Position numbers and translations under genes: made by a program
Shown: positions 12,394 through 25,098 of the stretch, piece after piece
Numbering within the stretch: the first letter of the stretch is position 1
Layout of the letters: every line of letters starts with the position of its first letter
Notes under the pieces: generated by a model
What the model saw: only the letters and a program-made list of their open reading frames with translations
The model's database searches: none
What the model was told of the DNA's origin: nothing
Source: Nageia nagi
Taxonomy: Eukaryota; Plantae; Pinophyta
Reading direction: 5' to 3'
DNA length: 64,000 nt
Assembly: GCA_050084985.1 (NCBI GenBank)
Contig: JBITNC010000001.1
Location: forward strand, 170,190,001 to 170,254,000

Positions 12394-13250
12394 CTATAAA
12401 ATGATAAATGGTATGAACCTCATCCTAATCCACTCTAATGGGCTCTTGGTAATGATCTTAATCCTACCCATTGATATTTTATAGATCCACTTCATACTGT
12501 TAGGAGAAATGATTTCTCCAAAGTGTAACTTTCTCTTTATCATCATCCACCTAGTTTTGCAATGTCCTATAGCTTCATTAATGAAGTTATCCTCTAGGAT
12601 AGTATGCCATTTCATTAAATAAGTATGCACTGTAATGGTATAAATGGGTTGAATGATATCATTATAGGGAAGAAATGTGAAATCATTCCTCAATGCATGT
12701 GGGATCTATGCTTCCATTCTAACTGGAAAAATATCATGTGTCTCCCTTATAACATACATCTAAAAGTCAATTTTCCACTTGATATAATTATGTAGGATAG
12801 AAATAAATGCCCTTATTTGTACATATTCAACATACAAATTAGGAAAGAATTATGTGTTCTAATTGAGGAAAAATCCATTCACATAACTCTCACATATTAG
12901 ATGCTTATCTTTTGTTATTTGTTTTAAAAAAGCATCTACAAATTTAGAGTTAGTTTGCATTAAATATGGTAATCCCTTATTGATTCTTCTTATCTACCAC
13001 TTGTAACATTGTTCCTTCAAGTACATCTTCTACATACAAGAAGGTTGCCTCATTTGTATTAATTCCATATCAATAGAACAAACATCTAGAAAAACTTATT
13101 TAAGTTGGTCTAATTCCTTTAATAATTTGTTTATCTCCTACCTAGTTTATCTTTTGGTGAGAAATTTTTGATATAATTCACCATTCCTATTAGTTAAGCA
13201 ATTTAAAAGAGAAGTTTTCTAATGAAGCTTTTTTGTATTTGTTGAATATT
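12394..13250 (-). pseudogene. Decayed ORF of unknown function in a gypsy 3' internal region
   Basis: The 99-aa ORF 12394-12693 extends upstream in the same frame with only scattered TAG/TAA stops (..KEQCYKW*IRRINKGLPYLMQTNSKFVDAFLKQITKDKHLICESYVNGFFLN..). Confidence 0.45.
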
Positions 13251-13300
13251 TTTAATGACCCTTAAGATGAGCTAAGTAGTAACTATGCTAAACATTCACA

Positions 13301-14075
13301 TGTAATGGTGTGCAATTATATCAAATAATAAATAATGGGAAATACAATAATCTAAAATACTTGAATATTGGAATAGTGTATAGATGAATTATTCAAACTA
13401 TCGAATTAGATCTAATGCCAAATAACCTTATAGAGATAAGAGATTTAATAATTATAAATATTTATTACCCTTTCAAGATTTAAAATATGTATACAAATAG
13501 GAACTTATCATATAAGATTGATATCAATATATGAACCCCATATTAAATGCAAATAGGAACCCAAGAATGGATGTTGGCATGAGCATAGGTGCAAATCTCA
13601 ATACAATAGCACTAACACTTATGGTAGTGTGGATGCTAAGAATCCTATGAGAAGGATATCACATTAAAGACCTAAATAGTATAGTGATAACAAAAATTCT
13701 ATTTTATATTGTAATAGTGAAATTAATTAATGACAATGCTCATTTGATGATTAAATCTCTATCCCAATAGGTAGTATTGAAGAACACCTTGGAATATAAT
13801 AAACATGGGCATATAAGAGAGAGATATGATTATGAACCCATGTGAGGTATTCCCTCTCTTATAAGAAAGTGTACTTCATAGAATTCCTTGAGTCTAGCAT
13901 CGATGTTAGGGTACCTACAACAAAAGAGAAACACCACATGATAAGTAATGTTCCATAATAGGCCAATATAACATGCAATAATATAAATGATATAATATAA
14001 CATTGATACAATAAAAAACTTAACAAGGATACAAAAGTGGACCAAAATTAAGTGTCAACAAATGTTGCCCTTTAC
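13301..14075 (-). mobile_element. Tat/Ogre-type LTR fragment with PPT-like tract
   Basis: Minus-strand junction AAAGGGCAACATT|TGTTGACACTTAATTTTGG at 14060/14061. The left end is approximate. Confidence 0.45.
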
Positions 14076-14715
14076 AAATATGATGAAATGAAATATAATT
14101 GTGTTTGCAAAGGAAAAGAAAAAGATAGAGAAAGAAAAATTTGATACTTACTTATTTTTGTTTTGAAGCCATTTGATCATAAACATGCTTCTTACCCACA
14201 CCTTCAAGATGGTACCTAACTCTATAAAGACTTACATGTAAGTGTTCATAGGAACCATTTGTATGGTGAGCTTGGTTCTCCACATCATATGGAGAATGTC
14301 CATTAGAGCCTCTTTTCTAGGAGCAACTCTTTTTGAGTGATCATTATGTATAATATCTTTTCCAATAATTTAAGGCTAAACAACCTCTTGATTTTAGGCC
14401 TTCATCACCCCATGTTTCTAACATGAAGAACTAACCTTCTGGGAATTCTCAATATTCCTTAGGAGAGGATACAAGGGTGTCACAACCTTTGACTCTTCCT
14501 TCCCTACCTCACATTTCCACTATAGCCTCTTCACACCCTAATCCAACCATGCCACCTTCTTCCAACCTTTATAATATCATTTACCATTATGTTTCTTCTT
14601 ATGATAATCACCCACCTTCTTATGTGCCATCTTCTTCCATTGACCCTCAACCATAAGAACATCCTAATTCTTCCCGTACCATATTGAGACAAATGAGGGT
14701 ACATAAGTTTATCTT

Positions 14716-17700
14716 TGAGAGATAATTTGATGCTAATACAATATATTCATTAAGAAATTCAAAGTACAGTATACATCCATGAAGGAGATATTGAAATCAA
14801 GCTTCATGGGATTTATAAGACTAAGAAATAAATGCTATCAATTGTTACAAAATTCTATGATTATATCTATCTAAAATATCTATAAGAAGTTATAAACATA
14901 TGCTAGAGGTTACTCACATAAAGACTACCAAGTGGAATGGGAAAAATTAGAGTGGAACTACCAAAAAAGACCACATTCAATCATCTCACATAGATGATTA
15001 AATCATAACACTTTATCATAGATCTATACACAAAATTTCAAACAACATAGAGCCATGATATGACTTGTTACATATACAACAAGAAAGCAATACTCTTCAT
15101 ACAAAATATCAATCCTTACTACTGCTACACATGTCTCCTCCATCCAAGGATTTTTAACCATCAAATTCTTTATTTTATGAGGTAAGATATCCATGTTTGT
15201 TATTATAAAAATAATATTCACAAATGGACTTCAAAGGAGTCTTCATAAGCCAAGCCTCAAAGTTTGCAAATTATGCTCTCCAAGTATGAGGTGCCACTTT
15301 CAAGTTATCATATGATGTATTTGTAATACATGATTCATCTCCATCAGTAGCCTCAAAACCTTCCATAAACCATCTACTCAAACAACCATTATTACCACAA
15401 TCAAACAACAAAAAACTATTGCATCCAATGTTTCTTTGAGTACAATCCCATGAGCCTTACTTTGTACCAAATTGTTGTACTTTTTCTTTGTGGTAGCCAT
15501 AACTCCAAGAGTTCTCTTTATTTCTTCTTCATTCATTATTTCCTTTACATTACAACCATCAACCATCATTCGAGTCACTCCATGGGAGTGATTTTCAATA
15601 ATTGATGAGTCCATAGTGTTTATAACTTGAATATCATTAATCTCTATTGCATCTTCATTACATAGAGTGTGCTTTAGTCCATATGAGTGATTCTCAAACA
15701 ATAAGCTACTAGCTTCTATTTTATCTTCATTTATATAATCTTGTGTATCAAAATCCCACATAACTTCATTTATTTCCTCTTCAACAAGAAAATCTTTCAA
15801 TCCAAATGAGTGAGTTTCCAAATCTAATTCTTCATAATAGACCATTTCAAATGAATGGTATTCATCTTCACCTAAGTAGGCTACACCCAAATAATAACAC
15901 TCTTCCATGAGTGTATCTTCATATTCTTGTAAATTTGGAGCACCAAGAAATTGGTTTACTATTTCCTCTTTTAAAAAATCAATCTTCCAATTAATATAAG
16001 TGAGCCAATCATGGTTAAGTGTTGGCTCCTTTTTTTCATTATACTCCTCCATATTTGGTGTGGATTCATTATATGAATCTCCTTCAACAAAATTTTGATC
16101 TTGGGCCTCCTCTATATAATAGTATTCTTCCATCTCATCTTATGGTCTTCACAACAAGCATCATAATCCATCTTATCTTGGTGGTATTCACAATAAGTAT
16201 CATTCTCATAGAATTATCTTCTCATAAGTGCCTCTTCAATGAGATATATTTTATCTTTCTCCTCCTTTGGAGGAACTCCAACATGCTCTTTCTCTCTTTG
16301 ATGAGAGTATTCAATAGCTCTAAATTTATCATAAATATTACAAACATTTAGATTGGTTTTGTTAAGACAAAAATTAGTAATGAAAATATCTTGCATTTTC
16401 TTGTTAAAACATGCATCAACATTTACTTTCTCTTCCACAAGAAAATAATCAACATATGCATTATCCCCCATAAGAGGATTATCAAGTAGCTTGGGAATAT
16501 TGTGTGCCTCCTCCATGAAGTAATAATCATAAAATAAATTTGGAACATTAGAACTCACATCATAAACAATGCTTGGAACAACATTGGCTCCTTCTCCTTC
16601 ATTAAGATAGCCTCTTTCAACACCAAAATCACCCAAAACTTCATAAGTATCCTCATAATCTTGTACACAAAAGTGCTCATAAAAATCTTCAAAATAGGGA
16701 TATTCTTTGTAAGAATCCCCCTTGCTCACATAATAATCAAAATCAATCCCAAAAATATTTTGTAGTATTTTCCATGCATTTGCAGCTATCCTACAACTTG
16801 CAATGAGTTGAAAAGTATTTTTCTCTAAAATCTTTTTGATATCCAATAAGGCAATGCAATTTTGGTGTTGTTCCTCTTTCCTTTCTTTTCTTTCCTCATA
16901 TACAAGGCTGCTCCAAACTTTAGGTTCCTCATACTCAATAATGATGTAGTCCCAAAGTCCTTTAGCAATCAAGAAGTGCCTCATTTTCACTTATCAATAA
17001 CTATACTCTTCTTCAGCAAATATTGGGGCTTTAAATTCATAGTTCATGGCCATCATACCAAGAACAACAAGCATTCATAGCTATAGAGATTTCATAAGTC
17101 TTCTATAATAACAAATTGTCTCTCAAAACTCTCACACTCTCAAATTCTAGAAAATATTATACTAACAACAAACTTGCTCTCATACACTAATGCGATAGCC
17201 TACACTAGACTATACTCTCTATAGATCTCTCAGATATCTCTTGTACTCAACTTCAAACATTTAAAATCATAATAAACTCACATAATAACTAGTAAAAACT
17301 CTCTTGAATCACTTTTGAGAAAACTTGATAAGTTCTTCCTAAATTACCCATAAACTCTCCTCTAATCTATCTAGATCTACAAGCTTTGATACCAATATGA
17401 GAGATAATTTGATGCTAATATAGTATATTCATTAAGAAATTAGAAGTACAATATATAGTCATGAAGGAGATATTAGAATTGAGCTTCATGTGAGTTACAA
17501 TACCAAGAAATAAATGCTATGTATTGTTACAAAATTTTATTATTAGATCTATCTAAAATAGCAAGGAGTTACAAACATGTGTTAGAGGTTGCCAACATAA
17601 AGACTACAAAGTGAAGCAGGAAAAGTTGAAGTGGAACTACCAAAAAATGTCTTGAAATAGTCAAAGCTTGTAACTACTAGGTATTAATAATAAAACATGT

Positions 17701-17883
17701 TGGGTAGTAAGAAATGTGATGACATTTCTAGAAATGCATAGGGTAGGTATAAATGCATCAATATTTTCCAAAACATATGAAATGCATAGGCATTTCACTG
17801 AAAAAATACATAGAGGTGCCACATTTTGAACTAGAGGATAGGAGAGCTTGAATCTTCAATTTTATTAGTTTGTAAGTCCAATA
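14716..17883 (-). mobile_element. Copia-derived internally deleted element nested in Tat-A gag
   Basis: 5' LTR at 17398-17883 and a partial 3' LTR at 14716-~14968 (both start tgagagataatttgatgctaat on +). Met PBS at 17383-17394. TSD atctt/atatt. The flanks rejoin as Tat-A gag. Confidence 0.85.
15378..17056 (-). pseudogene. Copia gag N-terminus fused to a long acidic, internally repeated region (ORFs 16214-16990 and 15378-16133)
   Basis: APIFAEEEYSY**VKMRHFLIAKGLWDYI...IASCRIAANAWKILQNIFG is a DUF4219/UBN2-type gag start. It is followed by D/E/Y-rich sequence with three E(N/T)HSxG repeats. Confidence 0.8.
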
Positions 17884-17888
17884 ATATT

Positions 17889-19749
17889 TCTTGATGTACC
17901 TTCTCCTTTGCCTTTTATTTCAAGGCAAGCTCAACAAGTATCATCAAGCTTATCTCAAGCTCCATTGATTTCTTAATTGGATCCTTTGGTCTAATCATCA
18001 CATCCATATTTTGAACCTTCCACTTTGATACCATAATGCACTTCCCATCATGATGATGAAGAGAAGGCCCAAATTTTTTAAGAGTGGTATAGGCTCCAAA
18101 AATCCAATAAAATTTCACAAATTATGGACACCCATACTAGCTCTCAAGAGCAAGATGTAAATATCAACTCTCAATTCTTGATGATTGCAACTCCTCCTCA
18201 AGTTTCCAGCATTGAAAAATCTCATGGGTCTTATCAATTACAACCTATAATTCCTAGAAACATATTTAATCTGAATCATCAAGAGATCATTTACTCATAT
18301 GTGCCACCTAATGTTTCTCAACCTAAGTGTACATTAATATTTTACCTCAATCTCTTCCTTCTTCTTCTCAAGTTGTTATACCAACACATGCTCATTCTTA
18401 AAATCCTAATCATTCACAATAATATGTTGGTTTCCAACCTAGGGGGCTTACCCCAAATCAAAAATATTTCCAATATTTTCAACATGTCCAAGATCCATCA
18501 CTTGGACCAAATCAATTTCTTACTTAAGGTTTGCATAATCAAATGGATCAAGAGTTTGCAAGTCAACCCTATCATACACCTTAAAAGAGTGTTTCCCCTA
18601 CACAAAAAACTTATCAACCTCAAGGGAAAACTCAAGAAACCAATTATTATCAAGGTCCAATCTATCAAATTATTGGGCCTTTTCCTCCATCTACTCCTCA
18701 TGATGAGATTCTAAAGAAGTTTCAAGAGATGAAGCAAAGGATTAATGATCAAGGCAAGACTAAGTTATCATATGGATCAATTTGTAATGAGCCAATCCAT
18801 CCATCTATTCTAATCAAGAATTTTCCTTAAAATTTTGAGGTCCCTAAGATGGATAAATTTTAGAGAAAAGAGGATCCAAAAGAGCATATAAGATAATTCC
18901 AGTACTCTTGTTACATCATAGCTAATGATTGTGTTCTTATGTTAAGAACTTTCCCTATGAATTTAGCAAGACAAGTTTTAGATTGGTATAACAAGTTGCC
19001 TCAACATAACATCTTCTCATTTGATTAATTGGCTAATCAATTTCGAGATCACTTTGGGATCAACATTAGGAAGAGAGATTCCATTACAGATTTGAGAAAG
19101 CTATCCCAATTTGATAATAAATCAATATCAGATAATGTGTGTAAATGGAGAGAATTTGTGACTGATATGCTCTACACATTACCTAAAGAAGATTTGGTCA
19201 AGTTGTTATTAAGGAGTTGTAACAAACATATCCCTTCCATCCTCCAAATTCAGAGGAATGTTACTTTTGAGGATGCCTTACCTCAAGCCAAGATAATGAA
19301 GAAGTAAATATCCAACAATGGTGGTAATTTCAACCAACCCTAACCTAAGGCACAAACAAATCAAAAAACATATGCACTTAATTAAGCACAACCAATCTTA
19401 CAACTAGCACCTCTTCGAAGAAGGAATAACCAACTAAGGAACTAATATCAACAACAAGATCAAGTGCAACATAATCAAGGTAACAATCAAACCAATAACC
19501 AAGCAAGGTCTCCTAGGCCACCTAGAAAACCACAACAACAATAAAGAAATTAGACACCATTCATGGAGATAATTGAGGATATTCTAACAAGCTCTTAGAT
19601 GCTAGACTCATTACGCTTCTTGATATTAAAAAAGAAGAACCTAATGATGCAAATCCATAATTGTATAGGGATGATAATTTTTGTACCTTCCATCATCAAA
19701 GGGGATGCACAACAAACAAATGTCAGCATTTAAGGGCCATAATTCAAAG
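17889..19749 (+). pseudogene. Tat-A gag (capsid and CxxHxxxGHxxxxC knuckle), degenerate
   Basis: FEVPKMDKF*RKEDPKEH..TFPMNLARQVLDWYNKLPQHNIFSFD*LANQFRDHF, and a knuckle starting FCTFHHQRG at about 19680. Confidence 0.9.
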
Positions 19750-20761
19750 TGTAAACCCTTAGATATGGGAGACCCCATGCAAGGGGGTTCCTCCCCGCTA
19801 GGAAGGTCCTACTTTGCAATATATAGAATACTACTTGAAAATGTAATTAGATTAATGAAGAAATAGATGCAATAGAAAGAGATAGGGTTTAGAGTACTTT
19901 CCCTTATCCTTGTGCAATACCCACAATCTCAAATAACCTACTAATAGAATGAAAGGGGAGGCTTCTAAGTCTTACATCCTTGAGACCCTAAAACCATGCA
20001 AAGAGAACTAATGCACTTGCAAGTCCCCCCACCTTGAATCAATAAGGAAATCAAAATAGGAATGATGCCTACAATGCAAGCTAGTTTAAGATTTAAACTA
20101 GATCAACAAGCACAAAATAAACTAGATTACCCTAGTCTAAATCCACAAGGGACTAGCCTAAAAATAACTAGTATGCAACCATGTACAAAAAAAATTTAAA
20201 AATACAAAAATGATATATGTGGTTAAAATCCTTTTTGATGTCTCCTCAAGATCCTATAAAAATAATCAAAATAATCATTAGATAAAAAAAGGCCAAGAAT
20301 GTGTTACCCAAGGTTCCTTTGTAAGAAGAGGACAAGAATCCACTTTTTGTTACTTTGGAAGTGATGGGTATAGCTCCAAGTGAGAGAATCTTGACCAAAA
20401 GCTTGAATGGATAGTTCCAATTTTGTATGGACAACAAGAAGTCATGGGTTTTTCATTACAAGAGTGAATGGAAAAATTTGAAGAGAGAGGAAAACCTAAT
20501 TTTAAATTAAGTTATATACAAGTTTTAGCTAGTGGGCTAATTAGGTTTTTGATCTAACTGATCATCCAATCCCCCTAACTGATGGGTTGATTAGGGTCCA
20601 AGGTCACAAAGTGGTAACAAAGGTTCAAGTTATAAAAATCAGTGATGGGGATGGGATTGAAATAAGATGAAGGGATGATATGATCATAAAGAACTGCAAA
20701 ATAGATTGAATCCTCATGAATAGCCTAAGGTAGAAGAACACATGATTTTGAGGTTTTTACA
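19750..20761 (-). repeat. Tat-B 3' LTR
   Basis: Direct repeat of 40673-41688, preceded on the minus strand by the PPT AAAAAGGGGCATT. Confidence 0.95.
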
Positions 20762-20869
20762 AATGCCCCTTTTTATGCTGGTCTTTGTGAGATGCAAAAT
20801 GTGGTACAAAAATAGGTGGAGTGTGTGTAATGTGATGATGATAAAGAAAGATAAATTAACAACAAAAGC

Positions 20870-21480
20870 AAATGATCTCTATCTACCCCAATAGTTGAAG
20901 GGTGAAAGGGAAAGATGATCAAGATGAGAGCTAGTTTTGACACATGATAGGCTATATAAAATCATCCTAGATAGGGTCAACCCTATTCTAGTTTAAATGC
21001 ATGATAGGCTATATAAGACTAAGTAAGGGAGAAGGATCATGAAATGAAGCCAAAAGGATAAAACTAGATAGATAAGTAATAAAATTGAGAGATATCTGCT
21101 TTACCCCAGCAGCTAAAGTGTAAATAAAAAAGGGAAAAGATACACAAAAGCAAATCATATATGCTTTTCCCTAGCATTTGAAGGGAAAATAAAAAGAAAG
21201 TGGCAAAAATAATGTAAAATATAATGATCTTTGCTTTTCCCTAGTAGTTGAAGGGTAAACAAAAAGATGAAAAAAGATTAGCAATTTTGCTTTTCCCCAA
21301 AAGTTGAAGGGAAAAGGAAAAGAAGAGAAAAGATTAGTGATTTTGCTTTGCTCTAACAATTGGAGGGAAAATAAAAAGATGATTAGGAAAAGAGCTAGTA
21401 TTAGCACATGATAGGTTGTATAAGATCATCTTGGGAGAATGTTTCAACTTTGGTTTTAGTACATGATAGGTTGTATAAGA
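20870..21480. repeat. Degenerate tandem array in the Tat-B 3' region (core cccyaWagttgaaggg; also cacatgataggytrtataa repeats)
   Basis: The core recurs near 20887, 21170, 21238, 21295 and 21352. Confidence 0.7.
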
Positions 21481-22298
21481 TTGATTTGAAGAAACATACC
21501 ATAGGCACATATACCTACTAAGCATTGGGTCGTACCATATAGGCATATGACACCTATAGAAGAGACCAAGCTAGATAATGAAATAGATCAAAAGGGTGCA
21601 AGAACAACCAAGATCAAGAATTATGCAAGATGAATGTGCTCAAAATGCAAAAATAAGATCGATCCAATGGGGCTTCCTAGCAAGGTGATGCATAAGGAGG
21701 CCACAAAGGGGATAAAGGATGCCAAACAAAGGATTTATTGATTTCCTCATTGGTAATGAGGATGGTTTTCACCATAAACAATGAGAAAACCAAGAAAACT
21801 AAAGATGGGGAGTGATCATTGGGTATAAGGACCCAACTAAAGAAGGGCACATGACCAATGTGGTATAAATCATACAAATGGGTTACCTAGTAGAAGAGGA
21901 TGAAAAGGAAACATGAGAGGTGAAGAGAGGATATCCCCCTTGATCAAGAAGCTAGGAGAAGGACCTAGGAGAGGGGCTTGATAATTTAGCTAATCAACAA
22001 GTGAGGAGTAAAAAGAGAGAAAGCCAAATAGAAGAAAGAGAGCTAACTAGCTTATTGTAGACTGATTGGACCTAACTAGGCTACAGAATGCTAGCTAACT
22101 AATTGATCTCAAGGAAACTATTTAGGATGATCAATGCATTAGCTAGTTGACCAACATGTTAGCTAGAAGGTGGGGCAAATAAAAAATATGACTTTTCTTA
22201 TCATTTTCAACACCATGATACAATAGAATAGAGCTCTGATTGAGAGAGACCACCTTATTCTCGAGTGCGATCGAGTTAACTAGAGGAGAGGAAGATAG

Positions 22299-25098
22299 AT
22301 GGCAATAGTTGTAAGAGGAGGATAGGACCCACTACATGACCCACCCAGAGGAGGAGGAGATAGTTTGCACAAGTGGGTAAGTAACACAAAACTCACTTGT
22401 TTTGAATTTTGAAACCATAGGTTTACAAATAAATATCATATTAATAGATAAAATTAAATTTATTTTTATTTTTTACCAATTAAAATTGACATGAAATGAA
22501 GAAAACCATAGCAAAAACCCAAAAATTAGGGCATCACCATGAGGCCAAACTAACAAATGAAAACAAATAAACTTAGAACCAAAATGATTGTAGGGACATA
22601 TATAAAAACTTTAGCAAATTAGATTTTGAGTTTAGGCTATAAAGATATCAAATTTTGTAAATGTTTAAGGGCTTAAACATGGAGTTTTTGGTCTTTGCTT
22701 TGGACCTAATAGTTGAGGGGCTACAGATATTTCCTAGTTTAGGGGTTGATTTGGATCCCATCAATTAGCAATTGATTGACCATAGTTAGGATTGGTACAC
22801 AAGGTGCTAACTAGCTAGCTAATCATAAGGAAGCTGGATAACTAGCTACCCTATAAGTGAGATAACCAATCTCTAATGTATGAGATAATTTAGAATTAGT
22901 TAGTGTTCTACAAGTTGGTTAGGAATAAAGATAAAAAATAAAGATATAGATAAATGAAAAGGCACAAATGGGCTATAAGGATCATAGGATTGATTGACTA
23001 GGACTCAAAGGACTAGAAACAACATAGACAAGATGAATAAATTAAAACAAAAGAGGACTCACTTAACAAGATAGATGATTATGAAAGAAGATAAAAGGAC
23101 TAATGTAGGACTTGTTTGAATAGGTGTCAGGTGAACACCTAGCATAATTTCAAGCCCATCCTAAAGGATATGTGTAGGATGCTTAATGATATAGATTAGG
23201 TGTGGTTGCAGGTAGTGGGCTTGGTTGAAGCTACATGATTGAGGAAAATGATGGTTGATTAGGCTTACATCTACACACTGATGGACCATCAGGACAACCA
23301 ATGCAACACCTTCTATTTCCTCACAGGTGAGATGACTATCATGTTTAAGGTCATATATAGGATCTATAGGGTGCCCATTGAGGGAAGGATGCTAACAATT
23401 GCATTATCTATGGTTTAGATGATGTATAGAGTGTTCAAAGATGGCTGGGAGACCATCAACACCAAACATGATGGGGTTGATTATGCAGCTACCTATGAGG
23501 TAGGATTTCTGATAGTGCAATAGATGATTATGATGATCATCATCAACTTTCTACTACCAAATACTAGTAGGCATAAGATACCTTATAATCTATTAGATAT
23601 AGTGATGGACATCATCAAGGATGGTGTCATATATGCATGGGCACTAACCATCCTACAATAGATATACCACCAGTTGGTTGATAGAGAGAGAGGGAAAGTC
23701 AAGATCATACGATTCCTATTGATACAAATATGGGCTTGGGAGCACATGCAAGTGGCATAGCCCCATAACTTATCTTATGATGCATACATCCTACTAGAGG
23801 TGGATCCCAATGCACTCATGGTAGTATGGGAGCTACCATATGCTTATTCATGGGCAAGGGATCATGAGTCACTTAAGAGGTGACCATATGAGGGTATGTA
23901 CACATGGCACCATAGCATTAAGTGAGTATATAGGTCAAGGATATCATTTTTATACCATAGTGAGGAGGCCCTACATGGGTTGATGATGCAGAGTAGCTAA
24001 TGTGTGTGCATTGATCCCATGATGTACATAATAAAAGACCTCATGATGTTAAGGTATACATATACAAGAGGGTGACCTGCTAGTATGAGATGATACAGAA
24101 TGTACCACTAGAGCCTATGCTATATAGGTGGGTCAAGGCATAGGGAGGCATGCCTCTATGATACTACATAGAGCTAGATGTAGCTTTAGATGTAGATTTG
24201 ATTATGCACAACATTGAGGATGTGGGCATGATAATAGAATATGATGCATGTTGGGCCTCTTAATAGGAGAGACTAGTTGTAGATGGAGTACTACAACCAC
24301 CAGCACCAGCATGAGTAGGATAGGGAGGTGCAGTAGGATAGGGTGCAGTGGCTACATAGGATGCTATAGTGGGATAAGGTGCTATAGGGAGAGTGCCCGC
24401 ATTACCAGGGATGAGTAGTAATGGGTATGATGAGCCATTTGACTAGGCATTTTTTAAGGAGGCTATGTGAGCCTTAGATAGGGAGTAAGAGGCTCAGGAG
24501 GTTGGTATCATAGCTAATAGAGATCAAGTTCTAGGCAAGCATGACACTACCTTGCACTAGAGGGATATGATCACTACAAAGTAGGATGTTGTAGTGGCAT
24601 GAGGGGATGCACTATATATGTAAGTGGACACATTACAGGTGCAACTAGATGTAGTTCTAGTAGAGGGACATCACCAGATGCAACTACTAGCAATGATAGC
24701 TAGGGTTCGAGTGATACATTTAGAGGAGGGAACTTAGATGGAGGAGGATATTGTAGTCACACCCATAGGAGAGGGGTGAACTACCATAGATAGGGGGACA
24801 CAGATAGAGGGGGTCATGATAGCCCAACACACATACCAGATTACATTGGACTCATGGTAGATGGAGGTAACATGGGTGCTGGCAGTAGGAGCCAGTCTTA
24901 GAATTAGAGTTGGATCAAGACCACCATAATAGGGTAGAGCATGTAGTGCCTTAGCACTAGCCAATATATGAGGGTCAAGCCATCGAGTGGGGTGTTCAGG
25001 GTCCCCAAGACACTAGGAGGGCCATCAGGGCCACTTTAGGGCCACCAAAGGTAGGAGAGGGAGAGGGGTCAGGTGGGACACCTACCTCTCATGGATAG
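22299..25098 (+). pseudogene. Antisense two-exon PMD (plant mobile domain, PF10536-like) gene of Tat-B: exon 1 22299-22376, intron 22377-23130, exon 2 23131-25098
   Basis: PMD motifs TLMDHQDNQCNTFYFLTGEMTIMFKVIYRIYRVPIEG, YAWALTILQ*IYHQL and LIQIWAWEHM. Donor TGG|GTAAGT, acceptor TGTCAG|GTG. Heptad coiled-coil at about 24510-24720. Confidence 0.85.

Noticed and set aside
16019-17080. Plus-strand ORFs (110 and 72 aa) as genes
   Set aside because: They are antisense shadows of the gag-acidic ORF.
20572-20597. ccctaa/ttaggg as telomeric repeats
   Set aside because: They are isolated, non-tandem hexamers within an LTR palindrome.
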